DNA of 64,000 bases from Octopus sinensis. Its lineage: Eukaryota. Both the position numbers and the translations under genes were made by a program. The stretch covers positions 22,940,001-23,004,000 of the forward strand of contig NC_043015.1 in the NCBI RefSeq assembly GCF_006345805.1, given 5' to 3'. Positions 27,722 through 42,289 of this stretch are shown here, piece by piece (within the stretch, counting starts at the first letter, position 1; every line of letters begins with the position of its first letter). Below the pieces are notes generated by a model. That model made no database searches. It saw only the letters and a program-made list of their open reading frames with translations, and was not told the DNA's origin.

Positions 27722-28379
27722 ACTTCTTCATGGACTTCTTCCAAAAATATAGTACAACTTTCAAAAATGAATTGGGTACAAATAATCCCTTCCTTAAGAA
27801 AATCACAAAAAATAAGAAAGAAAACCAAACAACCCACGAACAACCCCCAACTATCCTCCATACACTAAAAACAGAAATCACCCACAACCAACCTATGCAA
27901 ACCACGCAAGACCTAACAGGGAACTAGCTGACAGACGACGCGTCTATGAAATAAATTACACCAAAAACAGAATACACCAACAACATCCTAATACCAGACC
28001 CAACCACCATACAGCACAAAACAACACTAGAATAAGAAATACACCACACACAAGTCGCTACTACCCCATGAACCAAAATTACTGGTCCCCACTAAACACA
28101 AGACAAACGCAAAAAAACACTTTGTCAAGCAACATCCCACATACAAGCAGTTCGAAACAAAAATATTTCCCATACAGAAATTTTACTCACACCACAAACA
28201 AAAACAACCATAGATTCCCACACACACACAACGATCGGGGGCAACAATACCACCACCTCCCCGACCCAATATCACACAACCTCACAGACAACTCATACAA
28301 ACAAAATTACACCCAACATTTTTTAGCCAGGGGCCAGGGACACCAGGACACAGGCTTGAACCTAGTAATAAGGAAAAAC

Positions 28380-30656
28380 CGAAGATAATCAATCTTTCAA
28401 CCAAACCTCTTTCTAACATAAAAATTGACATCCTCTCAAAAGGGCTCAAATTTACACCAACTCCACGCAGAGCCAACCTAAATGAAATCAAGGATAATAT
28501 AACAGAATTTTGCAGAAAATAAGACTAGCAGAAGCATCAACCAGTTTCAATACTGAAGATGAATCACTAGTCAAGAACAAAAGTGAACACATCCCACACA
28601 GAGGAAGAAATAAAGATCTTGACGAATTCTGTAACCACATTGAGAACTTTCCCTACCATATATACATAAACAGAAAGCTAACCCAAATTTTAACACTACA
28701 CAATGGAAAGAACTGATAGAACTTCAAAATGATGAAGATATAGCCATTAAGGAAGCGGACAAGGGAAATGCAGTGTAGTAATAATGATACATCATACTAC
28801 AGAAATCTTGTAATTTCCTTGCTTGATGACGACCTACATTATGAAAAAATTATCACTACACCCCACAAAAAATAATGAAAACTCTATCGTCACTAATTAA
28901 AACCCATGAAAAGGAACTGACAACCAAAGAGATTGACTTCCTAACAAACTTTAAATGCAAACCTAGCCTTTTCTATGGTCTGCCAAAAATTGATAAAAGT
29001 CAAATTATAAATGAAACCATTAAAAAATCACCAAAGACATACATACACACACCTAACCCGGGGGACCTAAAACTACGACCCATTGTAGCTGGCCCAACCT
29101 GTGAAACACACAGACTAAGTCTACTTATGGACATCCTCCTGAAACCGTTCTTTAAACATATCGATAGCCATATCAGAGATGACTTAGATATGTTAAACCA
29201 CCTTCCAAAAAAAACCAAGGAAGAAACAATCCTGGTTTCATTTGATGTAGTCAACTTGTATACCAATATACCTCATAATTATGGACTGGAGGCAATACAG
29301 TTCTGGTTAGACCAATTTCCGGAAGAAATACCAAAAAGGATCAGTAAAGAATTCATTACTAAATCAATTGAATTCATCCTACACAATAACCACTTCATGT
29401 TTGACAATATATTTTACCGTCAAAAATCCGGAATTGCTATGGGTACAAGGGCAGCACCAGTCTTTGCGAACTTAACAATGGGATACATGGAAATAATCAT
29501 TTATCAATCTTTGGAAACTCCCTCTCTCAATACATAAAAGAGAATTGGAAATGATTCCTAGACGATTGTCTCATTCTCTGGAATGAAAACATAGATAAAC
29601 TCCTAAAATTTAAAAACCTATTGAACAGCATAAACCCAAATATACAGTTCACAATGGAATACAACCAAAAGGAGCTCCCGTTCTTGGATATACTAATTAA
29701 AAAAATACCTTAAAATAGAAACAGACATTTTTTACAAAGCCACAGACGCCAAACAATACCTTCTTTTTAATTCATGCCACCCAAGACACACTAAAACAAA
29801 CATCCCCTTCAACCTTGCAAGAAGGATATGCACAATAGTGTCAGAACAAAATACCAGGAACTTTAGACTGCAAGAACTCAAAAACACCCTAATTGACAGA
29901 CATTACCCAGCTCAACTCATAGAGGATGGGATCAGACGTGCAACAGAAATCAACATAGAAACTTTAAGAAAAGTTCAACACAACAACACACCATCCCCGA
30001 AAATACTACCTTACATATCTACATACAACCCCAGAAACAAAGAAGCCTTCACCATCATCACCCAGAATTTACCGATACTTCATAAAAACCCCAAATTAAA
30101 GGAAATTCTAAACATACACCAAATCATTAAAAGCTACAAACAGCCTAAATCACTTAAAAAGATTCTCACAAAGGCAAAATTGTCTTCTGAAATTACGGAT
30201 GCAAAAGTAAAAAAATGTGGTAGATCGAACTGTGCAACATGCCCTAACCGGCTAGAAGGATCAGAATTCATCTTTAAAGAGGGACAAACATTCAAGGTCA
30301 AATCTAACTTTACTTGTGCCTCTGAAAACATAATTTATGTCATAAAATGCTCGGGCTGCCACCAAGACTACGTGGGTTCCACGGGACTATCACTCAGGCG
30401 TAGATGCACACTGCATCGACAACAGATTGCATTCCCAGAATATAGAATGATACCTTTTAGTGAGCACATTGAGAAATGCGCAAAGCAACTACTGCCACAA
30501 TTTTTAATCTTCCCATTTTACCAATGTGCTTTTGGATCATCAACACAAATGAGACTGAACAAGGAAACATTCTTCATTGAAAAGTACAAACCCAGACTCA
30601 ACCATCCGAACATACTGACACAGAGAAATTCACAAGGGAAAGGAAAAAAACTTTAA
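28380..30656 (+). pseudogene. PLE RT plus GIY-YIG ORF (frameshifts and stops)
   Basis: LSKGLKFTPTP, ADKG, FYGLPKI, LRPIVAG, SFDVVNLYTNIP, GIAMGT, FLDD, PFLD, IYVIKC...YVGST motifs. Confidence 0.9.
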
Positions 30657-30765
30657 ACGATTATCTCCCTTACACCGGAAGAAATCATTCACTACCTCCC
30701 CTTATTTAGAAATCTCCTGAAAATAAACACAACGATAACTCCATGCAATATAAACATAACGTCAC

Positions 30766-30804
30766 AAGAAATTTGAAAAGCTACACGCGAAACCGGTATT
30801 TCTT
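30766..30804 (+). ncRNA. Minimal hammerhead-like motif, U3-A8 core
   Basis: AAGAAA-u-UUGAAAA-GC[uacac]GC-GAA-ACCGGU-A-UUUCUU; 2-bp stem II; one extra U before the core. Confidence 0.5.
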
Positions 30805-30954
30805 TTAATGTATGTCATTATAAGAGGGAAAAAATTTTTTTTTTAAATTTTCTAATATTCTTCAGACATATTGACGCAAATATATATATTTTTTAACATT
30901 CAAGCCTTCTGTCGTTTTTTCACTCTACTATTTTCTCTCTCTCTCTCTCTTCTC

Positions 30955-31051
<97 letters not shown>

Positions 31052-31273
31052 ATATATATATATATATATATATATCTATATATATATACATACATACAAT
31101 ATATATATAAATACATACATATATATATAATACATATATATATATATGTATATATATAATAATAAGGCTAAATAATTTTTTCGATGGTTTTTCAGACAAC
31201 TAACAATTATTTACCGGTAGATTTCGGTATGTAAATATGACCTTTTGCATATGTGAATTGCAGGGTTATTCGG

Positions 31274-31345
31274 TCTGGCTATGTCTATGAAACCGATATA
31301 GTGAAACATTGCATTCCATTTGGAATGATTGTTTTCACTTGGCGT
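31274..31345 (+). repeat. 72-bp structured dispersed repeat (copy at 38951-39022)
   Basis: Near-identical 72-mers with ctatgtc/gacatag and cattcc/ggaatg hairpins. Confidence 0.85.
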
Positions 31346-31441
31346 ATATAAGATACTTGTAGAAAATGGAATAAACAGTCTCTGACTGCTATTTCTTATT
31401 CTTTCGGTATCCGGCAGAGCAACCTGTTGCCTGCCATTTTA

Positions 31442-31488
<47 letters not shown>

Positions 31489-31568
31489 ATATAGGGTAAT
31501 AAGAATTATAGAAATTATTATTACCAGTGGCCTAGCACAAAAAATAGTCAGTAGACTATATATTATTC

Positions 31569-31823
31569 ACATAAAAATATCGTGTACATTAGAACACATT
31601 AAGAGGCTTCCAAATAGGAAAGCCTTGTGCTAGAAAGAGCAATAGAAAACTCAGACCATTGAAAGGATTGAAAATTAAAAACGTTTACCATCTAATTTAA
31701 ATTAGATGATAAACGTTTTTAATTTTCAATCCTTTCGAGTATTTATCCATAATTAGTGTTTTCTACAAGGTTCGCCTATTTGGAAGCCTCTTAATATGTT
31801 CTAACGTACACGATATTTTTATG

Positions 31824-31824
<1 letters not shown>
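31569..31824. mobile_element. Spacerless foldback element (MITE-like)
   Basis: Arms pair end to end; near-perfect central hairpin centred on tttaaa at 31696-31701. Confidence 0.75.
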
Positions 31825-31906
<82 letters not shown>

Positions 31907-33019
31907 TCTATGGATGACTATATATATATGTATGTATGTAAATACTGTGTGCTTTTGTCTATAACGAGTATGGTGTTCAGAAATGGGGGAGTAAAGGACA
32001 GGAAATCTATATTGTAATGTAGATCCCGATATATCAATTATATATACATATGTCAGTTGCATGTACATACGCCTGTGTTCCTCTATGCGTGTGTAATATT
32101 TATATCATTATCCATAATTTTATATGGTGATAGAGATCGTTTGCTAAGCGTTTGCTCAGATCCAAGCTTTTATAGTGCTTCTTCAAAGTCGATTTAATCT
32201 TGTATATTACTACTTCATGTCAAATCTGTCATCTATTCCAAATTCCTCGATTAATTAGAATTGCATGAGTTCTGAATTACATAAACGGAACACAAGCATA
32301 ACCTTTTAATATTTTATAGTATTATTTCAAAGGTGTCACATACTTAACACCCTACATTAAAAGGATTTTTGTATGTACTCTGTTTGATTCTCCTAGGATA
32401 CATTTGTATTTCTCACAAAGATATTGGTTTCCTATTATTTCCTTTGAAGACGTCCATACGATCATGTGCATCCACATGAAATACGCTTGACATTTTCCCA
32501 TATCGTTCTTTCATTTATTTCCAGTTTTTTTCTTCTCTTTCGTCATGGCATTACGTTCATTAAATCCGTAAGCGCTTCTTTCATAAATATAAAGGATGTT
32601 TGTCGAAGGAAGCTTAATCACATACATTAGACATTTTGTGGTCAAATGGTATTATAAAAAACTAAATAAAAGAAAAGTTAACGGCCAACCTATAAAATGC
32701 CACCGTTTGAACCACATCGAAATAATTTCATCTCATATACGTTGTTAATGTTCTTTGGAAAGGTAAAATCCTATCTTACCATACACTATATGGTGATTGG
32801 AGCTAATGTTCGCTGGAGGAGGATCTGCAACTATCTTGTTACGGTCAAAAATAGGCGTCAAATGATAACTTATTGTCTTAGAATAAATATATTGCGCTGT
32901 TAATTGTTCACCTTTTAATAGGGGTATGTGAAATTGGTTTATTGTCAGCTAAGAATGTGTGTTTGTATATAGCATGTATATATGTGTGTGTCTGTGTGTA
33001 TATAGGTATTAATAAATAA

Positions 33020-33076
<57 letters not shown>

Positions 33077-33729
33077 GTGTCTGTTTCTATATATCTCTAT
33101 GTATGTATGCACGTATGTATGTATATATATATATATATATATATATACCCATACATATATACAAATATACACACTCACACAGGCACACACACACATTTAT
33201 TTATACTCACATGGAAAAGCATATATATACACACACAAGCACACACACGAATGATATATTTTGGGGGGTCTGCCACATATGTTACTGTTTTTAAATGGGT
33301 GTAAAGCACGCCTTCACTTGTTTGATACCATACGTATCGAGGTATCGCCCAGTGAAAGACCAGTCTTCGAAGGAACACAAATCCCAGATTATATGCTCAT
33401 TCATTTAATCCCAGTCCAATGTATTATATTAGATTATGATAGCTTTTTTAGTGTTGAATATAAAACGTGCGGTGAATGTTACTCAAGAAAAAATCATATA
33501 CGTTAAGAGCCCAAGTCTAAGGAATATTGCAATATTACACTGAACTATCTTGAAGTGGGTTAATCTTTCAAGACACAAAAATGTTTATATGATTGAGAAG
33601 CAAACTTTACAACCAAACAGTTTCGAGTTCAGCCCCACTGGATCACCCGTTGCGCAAATCTGTTCTGTTTTAGTTTCACACCTACCTTTGTTAGTGGATT
33701 TGCTTCTTCAAGATTGTGTAGAGGCCCAT

Positions 33730-33789
<60 letters not shown>

Positions 33790-33872
33790 ATATTATATAT
33801 ATATAATATATATGTATGTATATTTATGTATGTATGTATGTATGTATGTGTATCAAAGTGTGTGTAGAGAAA

Positions 33873-34032
33873 CATGATGCTATGTTTAAGAAGTGCACTC
33901 CGGAGCTATGTGAATTTAGGTTTAGTCCCACAGCATGGCACTTGGGCAAGTGGCATCTACAAAATCTTCGGTCTGACCAAGGCGTGAATTTCTGAGTGCT
34001 TGTAGCATAGGGAAACTATTAAGGAACCCATC

Positions 34033-34033
<1 letters not shown>
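33873..34033 (+). mobile_element. Degenerate SINE family A copy
   Basis: agtcccacagcatggcacttgggcaagtg...ggaaact...catcg followed by (TA)n. Confidence 0.6.
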
Positions 34034-34089
<56 letters not shown>

Positions 34090-34135
34090 GATTTTCTTTA
34101 TCCGTCTTCCCTTCTTTGGAAATTTTCTACATTTC

Positions 34136-34730
34136 CGTGGGTAGTAAAGAAATTAGCTATTTCGTCTGCCGCTACGTTCTGAGTTCAAATTCCGGCGCGG
34201 TCGACTTTGCCTTTCATCCTTTAGGGGTCGATAAATAAGTACCAGTTACGCACTGGGGTCGATATAATCGACTTAATCCGTTTATCTGTCCTTGTTTATC
34301 CGCTCTGTGTTTATCCCCTTGTGGGTAGTAAAGAAATAGGTATTTCGTCAATCTTTACGTTCTCGGTTCAAATTCCACCGAGGTCGACTCTGCCTTTCAT
34401 TTTTTCAGTGTCGATATATTAAATATCAGTTGTGTAGTGGCGTAGATCTAATCAGCTATCCCCCTCCCCCAAAATATTGGGCCTTGTGCCTAGAGTAGAA
34501 AGGAATATTTTAAGGCGTCGAGCTGGCAGAAAATTTAGCACGCCGGGCGAAATGCTTAGCGGTAATTCGTCTGTCTTTACGTTTTCAGTTCAAATTTCAC
34601 CGAGGTCGACTTTGCGTTTCATCATTTTAGGGTCGACATATTAAGTATCATTTGCGTATTGGGGTCGATCTAATCGATTGGTTGCCTCCCCCAAAATATT
34701 GGGCCTTGTGCCTAGAGTAGAAAAGAATAT
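34136..34730 (+). mobile_element. Three SINE family B copies in tandem
   Basis: Repeated ttcaaattcc..gaggtcgactttgc...gtcgat units at about 34136, 34341 and 34509. Confidence 0.8.
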
Positions 34731-35514
34731 TGTCTCCATCAACATCTACTTGATGGCAATTGTCTCAAATCCAATGAAATCGCATCTTATAGTCATGTCA
34801 AAGTTTTCAATAATATTTTCGTTACTTTTCTCATTGCATCCCAATTCAGTCTCTGAGTTCTTATTCAAATCCAGCATATCTTTGTACTGAGAAAACTGAA
34901 ATTTTCCTTCTTAATTTCACATTGTAAGATCAGAAATAAAAGGCACATATGTCTGTCAGTGTATGCCATCTCAGCAGCTCTTCTGCTGTTTAGTTTCTAG
35001 CGTTGAGACACAGCGGCGACATATAGTGACGATGCTGGAATCTTATACTCGATTAGTACGTGTGTCAACTTAATTGTATTAGCTTCGATTCATAGTTCTC
35101 TAAATCCTTTCTACCTTTACAGAGTTTACATTCGCAAAATATTTGAAATCAAGATTTATCCAACACAAAATCAATGTGTTTATTTAATCTTAACAGATTT
35201 CAATTACAAACAGTGTGTAAATAATTTAATCGTTATAATTAGTTAAAAACGCCGAATATTATATCGTGTTATGATATTGCCATGAAATAATAAATCTAAT
35301 ACTATTTTTATCTTCTTTTAAATTAATATTTTCTCCAATGATTGTTTACGAATCTAATAAATACAATAGTTAATTAGGAATGTCTTCTAATTAGAGTTAA
35401 AATAATACCACTTCACAAAATACACATATTTGCAGTATTTTTAATTGGTCATACTTAAAGCAGTACATTACGGAGTGGTGGTGGGGATGGTGGTGTTATT
35501 TGTTCTATACAGTT

Positions 35515-35591
<77 letters not shown>

Positions 35592-35907
35592 CATCATCAT
35601 TGTTGTTGTTGTTGTTGCCTTCTTGTTATCAAACGATGATGATGATGACTACGACGGCGACGATGATGATATTATCAATAATAATAACAATGAATATAAT
35701 TTGCATTTAATTTAATTAAAATTTTGTTTAGAGAAAACCGACGTGACAAATTATGGCATCGATAATTTTAAAAACAACGATCAAGATTACAAGAACAATG
35801 AGGACTAGGAAAGGATTACAACAACAAACAACAAAAACGATAACATAATGGTAATAATAATAATATTAATAATAACAATGATAATATTAATAATAATAAT
35901 AATAATA

Positions 35908-35948
<41 letters not shown>

Positions 35949-36013
35949 GATTATTATTATTATTAACAGTATTAGTATTATTATAACTTTTATTATTATT
36001 GTCATTATATGAT

Positions 36014-36067
<54 letters not shown>

Positions 36068-36088
36068 AACTACTACCACTACTATTAC

Positions 36089-36122
<34 letters not shown>
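35515..36122. repeat. Compound trinucleotide microsatellites (TTC, TTA, GAT, AAT, CTA)
   Basis: Direct inspection. Confidence 0.9.
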
Positions 36123-36470
36123 TCTATAAATTTATAGATGTTTAGATTCTAGTGTTTTATTTACAGATGGTAATTGGAAGTGTATACATTCAGAAACGAA
36201 AGTGCTTTCTGAAGTGATGTGCATATGAATGTGTATATATATATATATATAAATATATATATATATATGCATGAACGTTTATGCGGTTTGGCAGTTGTTC
36301 TGTGTTTGTGTGCGGCGAGTGCATTTGTTATTCTGAATTTCTCTGCATTTGTATCACGTACAGTTTCTATAAAACTTTCCATATCCGTAGTCTGTTGGTA
36401 CATTTTAGAACGCGAAATTATATTTGGGTATATATACATTAACATATAAATATATATACATACATATATA

Positions 36471-36519
<49 letters not shown>

Positions 36520-36543
36520 TACATATATATATATATATACATA

Positions 36544-36628
<85 letters not shown>

Positions 36629-38582
36629 ATTGCGTGTTAGTTTTAGAATTTAGGATTTTATGAAAAGTGGTCACTGTTTGTTATATTTTTAGTCAACTAT
36701 TTTGGTAATCGAAATGAGGCAAAATTTTAGCAGAAAATAATGAAATAATTATTAGCAAAATATTAATATTATATTATTTATGAAATTTAGATTATTTCAC
36801 CGTTGTCACAGTATTGAAATCATTAGAACACATACCTGCCCGATTCTTATTGCTTTTGTTTGTTATTTCATTTACTTTCATTCACATAAAGGTATAATTT
36901 TCCCCATCTCGTGGTAAAAGCAATTAACCTGTTGTAGATACTCCGGCGGTCACGACGATGAGCGTTCTTCAGACTGTAATATTTCAGCATATACTACAGT
37001 ATTCATACACAGTCGTGCAAGTATTTAAAGCAAATCTGACGCGGAATATCAGTGACACTTAAATGGTGATTTTTTAAAATAAATTGTGTGGTTATTGTTT
37101 AGCAGGTCTTTTACTCCGATCGAGCATATCTAAGATTAAAATGAGTTATTCTACCGTTATAGTGTCATCTATTTAATAGATTGGAAAAGCCTGGAATAGC
37201 ATGCTTCCTCTATTTTTAAGATTACAGGTTATGATTTGAGACATGTGATTGCTATTTCTTGAAACGAAAACAACCAAATCTGTTATTTTCCTATTATATA
37301 ATACATACTTCTATATTTCAATTGTCCTAAATTCCATTTCTTCTTATTTTATCAAAACCTGTATTTGGTAATTTTAGGAGTATTCTCGTATGTTCTATAA
37401 CATTTTCATTCAATTATTTTATCCAGTTGGATCTGTACATGCTAAAATTATATTGCATTACATAGCGTATTACTGCGACACAGTATCATTACTAAAGCGA
37501 GACAATTGCCTTTTCCAAGATAACAAGCAGTTCAGATTATTCATAACATGCATCTACGTAGAATAAATTTCATGTAATTGCGTAACACGCCACTGGCGGG
37601 ATGAGATACTCAATTGTATCTAATACGATATATTGAATGTTGCTCTAAAGTGCGTTTACAGGTTAATATTGGTAATGAGCTTATGTGATTCTGTTAGGTT
37701 GAAGATGGCTTTCTCGGAAAACTTCTATTCACATCTGTCAATACTCCAATTTGAGTTTATATTTCCGAGAAAAATAAATTAACATGTAGCTTAGTATTAA
37801 GTATGAAATGTCCCTGTAAAGATACCATCTACAGTAAGAATGGCACTCAGTATAACTGAATATGCAACAGTTAAGGGTCTTATACCGTGGAAACAATCCG
37901 ACCCCTCTTTTTGTACTTATCATGTTCTTCACATGCACAATTGAGTGATTGAGTGGTTCGATGAACACATACGTGATTTTCAGTTCGACCACACGCTGGG
38001 CGAGAATCTTCTGCGATAGCAATATCTTGAGACGTATGGAGGTGACTTTCAATGCGAAATAGATTACAGTACTTGGTGAGAATTGCATCACAAAACATGT
38101 TTGAGCTGGTGTCTAATCAGTGATACTGTAGCCATACCCACCTATAATTTTAATTACAGATGTTGTATTGAGAAACACCACATGCTTTGTCTCAGTTACC
38201 TTTACTAAGTGATCAGTGAGATCTATGGCATTAATTACTAGCAGTTCAAACCAACACGTAGAATTTCCTTCGCTGCCATGTTCATTTATATATTTTCACA
38301 CAGATGGTAAAGGATATCAGCCAACATTTAGTACATAATTATTTAAGTATCATCCCTGCTCACTAATAACAATGAGCCATTACATAGTTCTAAGGCAAAG
38401 ACTAATAAGAGGTAGAAATACTTTGGAAGTTTCCAAAGAACGGAAGTAAATTCCCACTATAGAAATGTTTTAGTCGAACTAAGATATATGAAAAGTAAAC
38501 TTGAACTTCTGTAGATTTATAGATTCAGAACAAATCGTATCGAGACAGCAGTAAATAACAGGATTTGCAATATGTATGTGTG

Positions 38583-38654
<72 letters not shown>

Positions 38655-38950
38655 ACATATGTATATGTTTGTATGAGAGTGTGTTTTTATATTAGTATTT
38701 TAATTAGACGCTTGACTGGAAGATTACAGGGAAGAGAAATGAGATTATGCCAAATGTGACGAGAAATAGTGGAATTGGTTTTCAATCGGAAATCGAAACG
38801 GGAGACAGACGTGGATCGTTGCATGTAGTATGTTTATCGAGAATTCTATAGCTACACGCCAATAAAGTTTACATAGTATTGAAACAAGTTATCAGAAGTT
38901 AATTTTCCATATCGTAATTAGCATAACAAAAGTTATATTTAATGTAGCGT

Positions 38951-39022
38951 TCTGGCTATGTCTATGAAACCGACATAGTGAAACATTGCATTCCATTTGG
39001 AATGATTGCTTTCACTTGGCGT
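38951..39022 (+). repeat. 72-bp structured dispersed repeat (copy at 31274-31345)
   Basis: Near identity to 31274-31345. Confidence 0.85.
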
Positions 39023-40136
39023 TTAGAAGATACATCACATATCTTTCTCCAATATCTAGTGAATGGCCGTGCGAATCGACTATTTGATCCGAATATTTAG
39101 TCAGATAAAAATCTGATTTTTTATTCTTTTACTCTTCGGAAGCAAATTAATGTATCTAATAATTAATTAATATAGTGCAGTTAGGTATTGATGAAAAACG
39201 TATATGTTGATATTGATATCTCATATCTTTTAGGTCTTTCTGGTTTCCGTTCGTGTCTTTTCGTTTTATTTTTTTGCTAACTATTCGTTCATTTGTTTTG
39301 TTGTTATTTGTCATTATTTTCTTTGTTTTTGCGTGTTTTGTTTCATTTCTTCGTTTATTTATGCATAATGTTATTTCGAGAGAATGCAATAAATTCTTGG
39401 TCGACATGAAATTGCTTTTGCACACTTCTAAAACTTCAATCTGATGAAAACTTATTAAATATAGACATTCACTTGGACAATGAGTTTAAAATAATTCAAA
39501 ATGAATATTGAGATTAAGCCAAAATATCGTGGAAATCTTCCAATGATTAATACTATCAACGAGACTGCTGCTACTACTACTACTACTACATATAACATAA
39601 TAATAACAATAAAGAAAATGATCATAAAAAATATTAATAATGAGAGTGATGATGGTAATGATGATGATGATGATGAGGAGGAGGAGGAGGAGAAGGAAGC
39701 GGAGGAGGACGGTGAAGTTGATAACGACGCCGTCGATGATGATGGCAACGATGTTGGCTATTATGACAATGGTGATGATGTTACTGAGGCTGCTGCTGAT
39801 GATGATGATGCTGAAAGTAATAATCACAACAACATTAATATCCAGAATAATACTTGTGGTACAAAGCAAATACTTTTAATTGAACGGTCTGCCGATATTA
39901 GTATAATAATACACCATGATACACTTTATTTTATTATTTCCGTTTTCTTTTCTTTTGTCTAAATCTTGATAGGTATTCTAATTCCGACGAACTTTTCCTA
40001 ATTAAAAATAACGAATATCTATTTTCATGCTGTCATGTGGTTCCTGAATTAAACTGTAACTAATTTACTTCAGCGGTTGCAGGCTGCGGTAAAGGGAACA
40101 GAGTGAATACGGATACGATTGAAGAGTAATTGTTCA

Positions 40137-40181
<45 letters not shown>

Positions 40182-40248
40182 ATGTGTGTGTGAGAGAGAG
40201 AGAGAGGGAGAGAAGCAGTGTGTATGTGTGATACAGATATACGCACGC

Positions 40249-40292
<44 letters not shown>

Positions 40293-41326
40293 GTATATAT
40301 ATTCATATATATATATGCATACATAAATATATGTGTATATATATACATAAACATTGATGAAATTTATGCAGGACGTGTATGATATATTCAATATATATTC
40401 ATTATATATATGTATGATATATTCAATATATATGTGAATAGCCTCGCCAGGAGCGCAAGTTTGACTAAACTGCCGATTGATGTAATAAAAAATAGGGAAT
40501 AACTAATAGTGAGAATGAGGGACAAACGATATACACACGTTTACTTTCTGAAGGAAAATTGAATTTATCGCACGAAGGTATATGGTAGTAAATTGCGTGG
40601 GAGTTGATTGTGTCTTTGTTTATCGATTTATAAGTAATATTACCTTGTTGTTTCACCTAGAAGCTGTTGGCAGATTTTCTAGGAGACAAAACTCACCTGT
40701 TCTCACAGGAGGGTGAGGAATAAGAAGAAGAGGAGACAAATTGCGATGATGATGATGATGATGATGATGAAGGAAAAGGTAATTAATATATATGACCAGT
40801 TGTGAGTTGCTAAGCGTATGGTGATAATTATATGGTGGAGAGCATGTAGTTGACGGCGAGATAGATAGATAGATAGAGGGAGAGAGAGAGTGAGAGAAAG
40901 AGAGAGAGGGGGAGAGAGAGCTGTAGGTAGCTAAACTCCAAACAACTACAACAGAAATGCAGTATAACTAATTCGGTGTTATTTAACTTTGGCAGTTTAT
41001 TTTTTACCTGGTTCAATAATTACAGTGTGGATGTTCCGGGGCAACTCCTTGAAAGGTTTATTAGATCAAATCGAGCCTGTTGCTTTTTTTCTCTTTTTTT
41101 TTCTAAATATGCTGCTTACTCTATCCACATGTTTTGCTGTACCGATACGAAACGGAAATATAAATAAACCTTGTCGAGCCATGGAGAGAGTAACAACACA
41201 TACATAAAGACACACGCATACATAATTATACACACTCACAGACAAATATATGTGAATGAAAACATATATATACACACATATATATATATATATGTATATA
41301 TGTATATATATATATATATATATAAT

Positions 41327-41449
<123 letters not shown>

Positions 41450-41677
41450 ATAGAAATATTAAAATTACTAAGTCTCTATAAAAGAGATTACGGCAGCGTT
41501 ACTGGAAATTAATTGTTATCGCCATATTAATATGGCATTCTTATATATATAAGAATAAACGCTGCCGCTGATTAGCTCCATGAGGCCACCGCCTTAAGAT
41601 AGCTATTGATACACAATCTGTATCCATTATAACCTTCGAACAAGGGAGGTCAGCCGCTTCACACTGCCAGTCCGACA

Positions 41678-41720
41678 GCTACAGACGCGTTTCAGGGTAT
41701 TTGCCCCTTGTCAATGTAGC
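41678..41720 (-). ncRNA. Second copy of the same hammerhead
   Basis: Identical except a G-U pair at the base of stem II (GGGG/CCCU). Confidence 0.75.
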
Positions 41721-42246
41721 GTAGTGAGACCTAGCAGGTGTCGCCACTGACGTCTCTGTTCGAAGGTTTCTATTTACCTAGTTTCAGTGGAATACATCCA
41801 CTTGTTTTCAATACTAGAAATATTAAAATGACTAAGTCTCTATAAAAGAGATTACGGCAGCGTTACTGGAAATTAATTGTTATCGCCATATTAATATGGC
41901 ATTCTTATAGATATAAGAATAAACGCTGCCTCTGATTAGCTCCATGAGGCCACCGCCTTAAGATAGCTATTGATACACAATTTGTATCCATTATAACCTT
42001 CGAACAAGGGAGGTCAGCCGCTTCACACTGCCAGTCCGACAGCTACAGACGCCGTTTCATAAGAATGCCATATTAATATGGCGATAACAATTAATTTCCA
42101 GTAACGCTGCCGTAATCTCTTTTATAGAGACTTAGTAGTTTTAATATTTCTAGTATTGAAAACAAGTGGATGTATTCTACTGAAACTAGGTAAATAGAAA
42201 CCTTCGAACAGAGACGTCAGTGGCGACACCTGCTAGGTCTCACTAC

Positions 42247-42289
42247 GCTACATTGACAAGGGGCAAATACCCCGAAACGCGTCTGTAGC
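42247..42289 (+). ncRNA. Minimal type I hammerhead ribozyme (U3-A8 variant), predicted cleavage after GUC at 42283
   Basis: GCUACA-UUGACAA-GGGG[caaaua]CCCC-GAA-ACGCGU-C-UGUAGC; all stems perfect. Confidence 0.8.

Larger units (their letters stand above)
27718..30930 (+). mobile_element. Near full-length Penelope-like element
   Basis: RT followed by GIY-YIG and a 3' region carrying an HHR-like motif. Confidence 0.9.

Noticed and set aside
37738-38098. Minus-strand ORFs with DIAIAE and RGVGL motifs (RTE endonuclease-like)
   Set aside because: Only two short motifs in different frames; insufficient support.
39501-39962. 153-aa acidic ORF
   Set aside because: Degenerate GAT/GAG/ACT trinucleotide repeats; no splice or domain support.
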